A stretch of DNA of 64,000 bases from an uncultured Halobacteriales archaeon. Lineage in GTDB: Archaea > Thermoplasmatota > E2 > JACPAO01 > JAHFTW01. Each line of letters starts with the position of its first letter. Positions within the stretch are counted from its first letter, which is position 1. The notes beneath the pieces are model-generated. The model searched no databases. It was given only the letters and a program-made list of their open reading frames with translations, and was not told the DNA's origin. Shown here piece by piece: positions 57,226-64,000 of this stretch. Where the stretch lies: the NCBI GenBank assembly GCA_964627625.1, contig CAZVJB010000004.1:3995-67994 (forward strand), in the 5' to 3' direction. Both the position numbers and the translations under genes were made by a program.

Positions 57226-57531
57226 CTCCCCACCGTCCGGCCCGAACCGCAGATTTCGCCGATTGACGATGGCATCGCGCTATGCCAGAACAACACATTC
57301 TGTGAAATCGGTTCCCGGTTAGCGGCCTGCACGACCATACAATTCCCACCAGGGAGCAGGTCCATGGTTCGGTGCAATCTGCGGTTGCCAATGCGGCGAC
57401 CCGACGACAGCACCCGGCGACGGCCCAATGCGCGCCATGGAAATACTCAGAAGCGCAGGTCGCGCCACTCTTTAGCAATTGTTCAGTCGAACGACCGCAG
57501 GAGTTAAATGGCGCTGGACCAAGTCGGCAAC

Positions 57532-58878
57532 ATGCGCGGCAAGAGTTTGTTCTGCCTTATGGCACTCGGGGTCCTTTTCGTGGCTTGCGTGCCGGCCACA
57601 AGTGCCCAAACGGGGGCAGAAGGCCTCACGAATCCGACGAAGCCAACCATGACGTCGCTGTACTTCCACATCTTCGATACCTTCAACGCCTTCCCCATCA
57701 ACACACAAGTTCCCCTACCGGACGGCTTCTTCGAGGTCGGCGGAACCAACTTTCCGACCGTCGTAAACGGCGAAGCCGAACAAAATTACGACTTCAATAC
57801 AATCTACGGTTTTGCCACATCGGGCCCGGTTGAATACAACTTCCTTGAGAACGGCCAACCCCGTTTCCACCCTGAACGCGGCATCGCGAGGGAGGTCAAA
57901 ATAGACCCGAACACGCCGGCCTTTGCCTACATCTACATCGATGTCCGCGATGTTCTTGGCGGACAATCGACGAACGTTCTGCCACGGTTCACCGTGAAGG
58001 TCATGATGCGCGACGGCAACCAGGTTGGCCCCGACAGTGACCTCGACGCCAACCCGGAAATCATGTCGGGCTCGTTGACGGCCTACCTGTGGAGCGAGAA
58101 AACCGCGCCCCCGGTCACGACAATCCAAGATCCCGGCTGCCCCGGCGGATCCTGCCCAGTCTTGTGGAGTCCCGACGGCACAATCGAATACAAAATTCCG
58201 CTCGTGTTCAAGGACCCGGTGGCGCCCAAGATCACGAAGCAGGACGCTTACAACGTCCGCGTCGACTGGTACCAGAACCCGACGGGCGACCCGGCCCACA
58301 ACGACAAGTACGCGGAAGGGTATATGCGCCTCGTCTCGACCAACACGTACCACCCTCGCATCACGATGGCGGTCACGAACCCAGTCTACATGGCGTTCAT
58401 CCACCCGGAAGTCGCAGCCGGCATCCTGATGATTCACACGGCTGCGAACTCACCGTGGGGCACGTACGACATCGATGTTGCGAACATGACGGTCGAAGTC
58501 ACCGGCCCCTCCACGCCCCGTGACCTGCCCGTCTACGTCGCACAAAACATGCACGTGCACGACCTGCATGACCAAAATGCTGAAGTCACGTACCTGTGGC
58601 GCTTCCGCGCGGACGACGCGACCGTCGAAGGTGGACCGGCCCGTGAAGGCGACTACAACATCAGGGTCACCGTCCAGAACATGAACCACACAGCAACCGC
58701 CATCGCTGTTGGGTCGTTCCACGTGGACGCCAAGTCGGCTTATGGGATTGACGAGAACCGTCAGGTTGTCACCAACGTCATCGGGGAAGACCAAGGGCAA
58801 TCGTCGCCGGGCGCGTCGCTTCTGGTCATCGTCGTCCTCATCGCTGGCGCGGTCGCCATCCGACGCCGCAAGGCCTGA
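57532..58878 (+). CDS. secreted surface protein with C-terminal SPGA-TM-RRRK anchor
   Basis: Signal peptide; SSPGASLLVIVVLIAGAVAIRRRKA. Confidence 0.8.
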   Translation: MRGKSLFCLMALGVLFVACVPATSAQTGAEGLTNPTKPTMTSLYFHIFDTFNAFPINTQVPLPDGFFEVGGTNFPTVVNGEAEQNYDFNTIYGFATSGPVEYNFLENGQPRFHPERGIAREVKIDPNTPAFAYIYIDVRDVLGGQSTNVLPRFTVKVMMRDGNQVGPDSDLDANPEIMSGSLTAYLWSEKTAPPVTTIQDPGCPGGSCPVLWSPDGTIEYKIPLVFKDPVAPKITKQDAYNVRVDWYQNPTGDPAHNDKYAEGYMRLVSTNTYHPRITMAVTNPVYMAFIHPEVAAGILMIHTAANSPWGTYDIDVANMTVEVTGPSTPRDLPVYVAQNMHVHDLHDQNAEVTYLWRFRADDATVEGGPAREGDYNIRVTVQNMNHTATAIAVGSFHVDAKSAYGIDENRQVVTNVIGEDQGQSSPGASLLVIVVLIAGAVAIRRRKA

Positions 58879-58950
58879 GGAGGGAAGGCTACGATGAACC
58901 TCGCCCGCACGAACCAGGCGCCCCGCCGCTGCACACGGAATCGTCCGGGC

Positions 58951-59913
58951 ATGCGACCCCTCACTTTGGTCACTGTCGGCCTTGTCCTAGCCGTTGCCAT
59001 GGCCGGCTGCGCTGGCAAACCGTCCCCTGAGGTGACAACAGGTGGCCTCGAACCCATCCATGAGGGCAAGGGCGCCATTTCGGGGCTTGTAATTGACGAC
59101 CGGTTCCGCCCAGTCCCGGACGCCCTCGTTCTTCTCACTCCGCTGGGTTTGACGACGACGAGCGACTCCGAGGGCCAGTTCCAGTTCGGCAACCTGGCCC
59201 CAGGCGCCTTCGTCCTCCAGGTCAACGCTGACGGCCACGAAGCGACCCCGATATCGGTCGACGTTGTTCCCGACGAATATACCGACGTGGAGGTCGAGGC
59301 GCGCCGCACCTTCTCTATCGACGGACAGATCATCGTGACGCAGTACTCCGTCTTTTCCCCCTGCATGCAGTCAGCGGTGTTCTACGCCTTGGTCGACAAC
59401 TACTGCATGCCGGACGGATCAGGCGACAGTTACCGGCCCGGCATCACCGTCGACTTCCGCAAGCAGAAGTCAAACATCACTTATCTCGTCTCGGAAATCA
59501 AGCTCAACCAACCGGACACTTTCGTCTTCGTCGTGCGCTGCGCCAGCAGCGGCTTCGGCTGTGGAGAATACGGCTATGTCAACACGACGGGGACCGACTA
59601 CGGCCGCGTCATCATGAAGAACAAGGCCAACTATATGCACACGGCGAACTCCGTCAACTGGACGAATAAGGATCCTATCGACGGCTTGCTGTTCTATTAT
59701 GGGACCGGCGGGCCGGAAATCACGACCGTCGCACGGCCGGTGGGCTGCACGCTGCCGCCCATGGAGGATCCGCTAAGTGGGAAGCCGTGGCTTTGCCGCG
59801 ACTACTACGGGGCCGGCGCCAAGTTCGGCGTCAAAGCCAAAATTGTGATGAGTGCCTTCCTTGGCGAACCAGAGGTCGGCATCGAGTCCTACAACGTGCT
59901 TGGCGGCCCCTAG
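58951..59913 (+). CDS. lipoprotein with carboxypeptidase-regulatory-like domain (paralog 1)
   Basis: MAGC; KGAISGLVIDDRFRPVPDA. Confidence 0.85.
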   Translation: MRPLTLVTVGLVLAVAMAGCAGKPSPEVTTGGLEPIHEGKGAISGLVIDDRFRPVPDALVLLTPLGLTTTSDSEGQFQFGNLAPGAFVLQVNADGHEATPISVDVVPDEYTDVEVEARRTFSIDGQIIVTQYSVFSPCMQSAVFYALVDNYCMPDGSGDSYRPGITVDFRKQKSNITYLVSEIKLNQPDTFVFVVRCASSGFGCGEYGYVNTTGTDYGRVIMKNKANYMHTANSVNWTNKDPIDGLLFYYGTGGPEITTVARPVGCTLPPMEDPLSGKPWLCRDYYGAGAKFGVKAKIVMSAFLGEPEVGIESYNVLGGP

Positions 59914-59999
59914 GACCAGCACGGCCCTCTCGGAGGGAAACGCGGCCCCACGCCACAAGTTACTTGAGCCAGGGGTTCTATTTGTTGAACGTGGGCAAC

Positions 60000-60959
60000 A
60001 TGCGTACGCTTCCTGTCTTCGGGCTTGCAAGCCTTCTCGTCGTGACGGTCTTGGCCGGCTGCGCCAGTAATTCGTCCTCGAACCAAGGCGATGGGTCCGG
60101 GCTGCCAGAGCTTGCCGCCGACAAGGGCGCCATCGCGGGCATTGTCATCGACGACCGCTTCCGCCCCGTTCCTGACGCCCTGGTCCTTCTGACCCCTGGC
60201 GGCTTCACCACGACCTCGGATTCCGAAGGCCAATTTTCTTTCGGCAACTTGCCGCCCGGCTCCTACGTAATCCAAGTCCAGGCCGATGACCACGAAGCCG
60301 CACCCCAAAACGCCGACGTCGTCGCCGGAGAATACACGGATGCCGAGGTCGAAGCCCGCCGCATCTTCAGCGACGACGGCAACGTCATCACGACGCAGTT
60401 CTCCGTGTTCATCCCGTGCGCCGCCTCCTTTGTGGCCAACGGCGTCGTCGCCAACTGCTTGCTCGACGGCTCCGGCGACACGTACCGCCCCGGCTTCACG
60501 ATGAAGGCCCTCAACAAGTCGCTTGACTGGACGGTCTTGGTGACCGAGATGCTGGCCAATCAGAAGGCGACCTACAGCGTGCAAGTTCGGCACGATAACG
60601 GCGAACCCGCCGGCGGCGAGCGCTACTCCGTCGCCCATGTCGACCAGGGCGTCTACGCGAAGATGGTCAACTGGCGCGGCAAGGTCAACGACGTCGACAA
60701 TGCACAACGCAGCAACGTGCCATTCAACGGGACTAAGCCGTACGCCACCATCCTGTTTCTGACTGGCGATAATTCGGAGGATGCGCAAGAGGTGTTCGAC
60801 ACGGTGTGTCAACCGTCCGTTCCTGAAACCTGCCGCACGGCCACGGGCGCCGGGGCGGCGTTTGGCATCAAGGCCAAATTCGTGCAATCGCTCTTCATCG
60901 GCGAACCGGCAACGCCCATCGCTACCTATTGTACCCTGGCGCCCAACGGCTGCGCCTAG
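60000..60959 (+). CDS. lipoprotein with carboxypeptidase-regulatory-like domain (paralog 2)
   Basis: LAGC; KGAIAGIVIDDRFRPVPDA. Confidence 0.85.
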   Translation: MRTLPVFGLASLLVVTVLAGCASNSSSNQGDGSGLPELAADKGAIAGIVIDDRFRPVPDALVLLTPGGFTTTSDSEGQFSFGNLPPGSYVIQVQADDHEAAPQNADVVAGEYTDAEVEARRIFSDDGNVITTQFSVFIPCAASFVANGVVANCLLDGSGDTYRPGFTMKALNKSLDWTVLVTEMLANQKATYSVQVRHDNGEPAGGERYSVAHVDQGVYAKMVNWRGKVNDVDNAQRSNVPFNGTKPYATILFLTGDNSEDAQEVFDTVCQPSVPETCRTATGAGAAFGIKAKFVQSLFIGEPATPIATYCTLAPNGCA

Positions 60960-61026
60960 AGGCCCGCTGGATTGCACAAGGAAGCGCCTACAACATTCAT
61001 AAAGGTGGACGGCACCGCCAGGGGTG

Positions 61027-62004
61027 ATGAGAGCCCGCCGCATGCCGCTGTTCTTGGTCGTCCTGGCAATCGTGCTGGCGGGGTGCAGCTCCCAGTCCGC
61101 AAGTTCGGACGACGATGGCGCTCGTGCAATTCTTCCCCCGGACAAGGGTGGAATCGCCTGTATCGTCATCGACGACCGCTTCCGGCCAATTCCGGACGCG
61201 TTCATCCTCCTCACGCCGCTTGGGCTTACCACGACCAGTGACTCCGAAGGACAGTGCACGTTCCGTGATCTCGACCCCGGCGCGTACGTCATCCAGATTC
61301 AAGTCAAAGACCATGAAGCCGCACCCAGGGCCGTCGATGTCGTGGCGGGAGAATACACCGAAGTCGAGGCCGAGGCCCGCCGGACTTTTGGCAACGACCC
61401 CTACTCCGTGACGACGCAGTACTCGGTCTTCATCGGTTGCGCATTCAGCACCATCGATTCCACCACCATTGGAAACCCTGTCACGGGCGACGATTGCCTG
61501 CTTGACCAGTCCGGCGACTCAAGCCGCGCCGGTTTCGCGTCGGATTACCTCGTCCACAAGGAAAACGCCACATTCCTCGTGACCGAGATGAAATCCAACC
61601 ACAAGGCGACGACCTCCAACGGCGCCTTCAAAGTGGTCGTGCGCAAGGCGGGCGTGCAAGACCCCCGGTACGCAAGCAAGTTCACGGTGGACGGCGACTA
61701 CCTCCGGCTGACTTTGAAGTATGGCAACATCTCGCTGGACGACACCGAGAACCGCAACGTTGCGTGGAAGAACAAGGACGTAATCGAGACAGTCCTCTTC
61801 CCCCAGGGCGGATTCAAGTCGGAAACGCAACAGGTCCTCGACGCGGAATGCAGTGTTGACCCAACGGGCTTTGGCTGCTTTGAATCCCGCGGACTCGGCG
61901 CCCAATTCGGCATCAAGGCGAAATTCGTCCAGACGCTGTTTATTGGCCCGCCAAGCGTCAACATCGAGACGTACTGCGTCCTGGCAGAATCCTGTTCGGG
62001 GTAG
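61027..62004 (+). CDS. lipoprotein with carboxypeptidase-regulatory-like domain (paralog 3)
   Basis: LAGC; KGGIACIVIDDRFRPIPDA. Confidence 0.85.
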   Translation: MRARRMPLFLVVLAIVLAGCSSQSASSDDDGARAILPPDKGGIACIVIDDRFRPIPDAFILLTPLGLTTTSDSEGQCTFRDLDPGAYVIQIQVKDHEAAPRAVDVVAGEYTEVEAEARRTFGNDPYSVTTQYSVFIGCAFSTIDSTTIGNPVTGDDCLLDQSGDSSRAGFASDYLVHKENATFLVTEMKSNHKATTSNGAFKVVVRKAGVQDPRYASKFTVDGDYLRLTLKYGNISLDDTENRNVAWKNKDVIETVLFPQGGFKSETQQVLDAECSVDPTGFGCFESRGLGAQFGIKAKFVQTLFIGPPSVNIETYCVLAESCSG

Positions 62005-62096
62005 CCCAAATTGGCGCAGCCCATATACGAGATGGGATAGCTTCCTTCGACAACGCCGCAACAAACTTCATATGTTAGGAAGGGCAGAAGTTTGCC

Positions 62097-63035
62097 ATGG
62101 AGTTCAAGGGCTTAGCCCTCGGTCTGGTGTTCATCTGCGCAGTTCTTGCGGGTTGCGGCGGCAAATCGGACTCCAGCGGCGATGCCGGTGCACCGCTTCC
62201 ACCGGACAAGGGCGCAATCCGTGGTGTCACGATTGATGACCGGTTCCGGCCGGTGCCGGACGCCGAAATGCTGCTTTTCCCAATCGGACTTACCACAACC
62301 AGCGGCGTTGACGGGGAGTTCGAATTCCTGAACCTCGCCCCCGGCGCCTACGTACTCCGGGTCCAAGCGGACGGGCACGAAGCTTCACCGATATCGGTCG
62401 ACGCCGTGGCTGGCGAATACACCGAGGTCGAAGCCGTCGCGAGGCGCGTTTTCAGTTCCGAAGGCGCCGTCCTTGTGACCCAATATTCGGTCTTCATCGA
62501 CTGTTCATTCGAGGCGCTTGCCATTGCAGGAACAGGCGCCGGTTGCATGGCCGACCAATCCGGGGACTCGACCCGGACAGGGTTTGACACGGATCTGGAC
62601 CCAGCCGACGCGAACATCACCACGTACATGGTGACGGAAATCCTGTACAACAAGCAGGCCGACGCCCCCGGCCAGGGTGGCTACGGCGTCGTAATCGGCG
62701 TCCTTGACTCAAGCAACTTCTTCGAGATCTACTACGCCGAATCAGACCTCATCAAGGGCACCTACCAACGCATCCAGAACGAGGCAGGCAAGGTCAACAA
62801 CCGGACTGACGAAGACGTTGGCGGCCGCAATGTCAAATGGCCCCCGGGGAAGCTGTTTACCACGGCGATTTTCCCGCACGGGACTGGATACACTGAACTG
62901 CAGAACAACCCGACCGGCATCGGCCTGTGGGGGGCCGGTGCATCCGTCGGCGTCAAGGCCAAAATAGTGCAATCCATTTTCCTAGGTCCCCCCAACGCCG
63001 ATATCGAGACCTATTGCGTGCTCTGCCCCAAGTAG
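62097..63035 (+). CDS. lipoprotein with carboxypeptidase-regulatory-like domain (paralog 4)
   Basis: LAGC; KGAIRGVTIDDRFRPVPDA. Confidence 0.85.
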   Translation: MEFKGLALGLVFICAVLAGCGGKSDSSGDAGAPLPPDKGAIRGVTIDDRFRPVPDAEMLLFPIGLTTTSGVDGEFEFLNLAPGAYVLRVQADGHEASPISVDAVAGEYTEVEAVARRVFSSEGAVLVTQYSVFIDCSFEALAIAGTGAGCMADQSGDSTRTGFDTDLDPADANITTYMVTEILYNKQADAPGQGGYGVVIGVLDSSNFFEIYYAESDLIKGTYQRIQNEAGKVNNRTDEDVGGRNVKWPPGKLFTTAIFPHGTGYTELQNNPTGIGLWGAGASVGVKAKIVQSIFLGPPNADIETYCVLCPK

Positions 63036-63148
63036 CGCGCCCCCCAATTGCTTAAAATCCCCCCTGGTGTCGCGCGCCTAGGAATATGGCAGGCGTCCGC
63101 CCTGCCGACGGGAGACAGCCCCATCGCCTCGGGCGACGCCGGGGTTTT

Positions 63149-63219
63149 GGGGAGGTAGCAAAGTGGCCATGCACGGGACTGCAGATCCTGTGACGGGGGT
63201 TCGAATCCCTCTCTCCCCT
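63149..63219 (+). tRNA. tRNA-Cys(GCA)
   Basis: GGGGAGG/TCTCCCC acceptor, CGGGA-CTGCAGA-TCCTG anticodon arm, GGTTCGAATCC, U discriminator. Confidence 0.93.
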
Positions 63220-63223
63220 TGCC

Positions 63224-64000
63224 ATGCTCGCCCAATGCCGCACGCACGGATTTTACAGAGGAGAGAACTGCCCGCTTTGCGATACCGCCGGTCGCTTCGT
63301 CATGAAGGACTTCGAGATTGACCGCATCGGCCGCATGATGGCCGGCATCCTGCGCCACTTCCCGGAGCGCTTCGGCCTCACAATGGATGGGCGCGGCTGG
63401 GTCGACCTGAACGAATTCGTGAACTCCATTCGCGCAAGCCGCCCGAACTACGCCCGCTGGCTGCGCCCCGAGCACATTCAGGCCCTCGTCGAAACGGACG
63501 AGAAGGGCCGTTACCAGATTGACGGCGGCATGGTTCGCGCCACGTACGCCCACTCGGTGAACGTCAACTTGGACGATCTGCCGGAAGCCAACGTGGACAC
63601 CCTGTATTTCCCGGTCGCCGAGGAGGAATTGGACCTTGTCCTCGAAACTGGCCTGCGCCCCAGCGACCGCAACATGATTCACTTGTCGGCAACACCGGAC
63701 AAGGCCTACAGTGCCGGCCGCGTGCACAACCCCGACCCCATCCTGCTGCAAGTCAATGTGCGGGGCTCAACCGACGCGGGCAACTTCATTTTTCGCGCCG
63801 GCAAATCCGTCTACATCACCCAAGCCGTCGAACCGGACTACCTTAGCAAGTTCGACAACGAGGACGCCATGGTCCAATTGCGCGCCGAGTTCGGCTCCAG
63901 CGCCTCTGATGCCGAGAAGAAGGCCGCGGAGGAAAAGGCGGCCGCCGAGCGAGCTGCGCAGGCGCCGTCTCCGGAAGAGGGAGAGACCATCGCCCCGAAG
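63224..64000 (+). CDS. kptA: RNA 2'-phosphotransferase Tpt1/KptA with N-terminal Zn-ribbon (runs off window)
   Basis: Own translation: MLAQCRTHGFYRGENCPLC...GILRHFPERFGLTMDGRGWV...KGRYQ...RATYAHS...GLRPSDRNMIHLS. Confidence 0.92.
   Translation, partial: MLAQCRTHGFYRGENCPLCDTAGRFVMKDFEIDRIGRMMAGILRHFPERFGLTMDGRGWVDLNEFVNSIRASRPNYARWLRPEHIQALVETDEKGRYQIDGGMVRATYAHSVNVNLDDLPEANVDTLYFPVAEEELDLVLETGLRPSDRNMIHLSATPDKAYSAGRVHNPDPILLQVNVRGSTDAGNFIFRAGKSVYITQAVEPDYLSKFDNEDAMVQLRAEFGSSASDAEKKAAEEKAAAERAAQAPSPEEGETIAPK

Noticed and set aside
58951..63035. Diversity-generating retroelement behind the paralog array
   Set aside because: No reverse transcriptase and no TR/VR pair differing only at adenines
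63011..63751. 246-aa minus-strand ORF
   Set aside because: Shadow of kptA and tRNA-Cys on the plus strand

Overview
High-GC archaeal chromosomal segment. Markers: aP1/aP0/uL1, aIF2-gamma, eS6, split GMP synthase subunit A, MptA, QueCDE, and a Tpt1/KptA with an N-terminal Zn-ribbon. Thermoplasmatota is inferred from gene style, not from phylogeny. It carries about 70 CDSs and two tRNAs (Ser-TGA, Cys-GCA). Housekeeping genes cover translation, pterin/preQ0 synthesis, fatty-acid oxidation (ACAD, ETF, FadF-like) and iron uptake. They are interspersed with many lipoproteins and C-terminally anchored surface proteins, and a small defence/TA patch surrounds tRNA-Ser. Unexplained structure: (1) a ~1.1 kb ORF-free region (365-1476) holding a ~300-nt candidate structured RNA with tetraloops and a possible pseudoknot, followed by an array of GCGAAGC-capped hairpins; (2) an unannotated two-gene cassette present twice, 22 kb apart, each copy preceded at identical spacing by the same ~28-bp DNA motif; (3) four tandem paralogous lipoproteins with constant ends and variable cores; (4) structured 5' leaders on rps6e and rpl1; (5) DtxR boxes and an RHH-type direct-repeat operator. 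All calls are by-eye motif recognition with no database searches, and start codons are best guesses.
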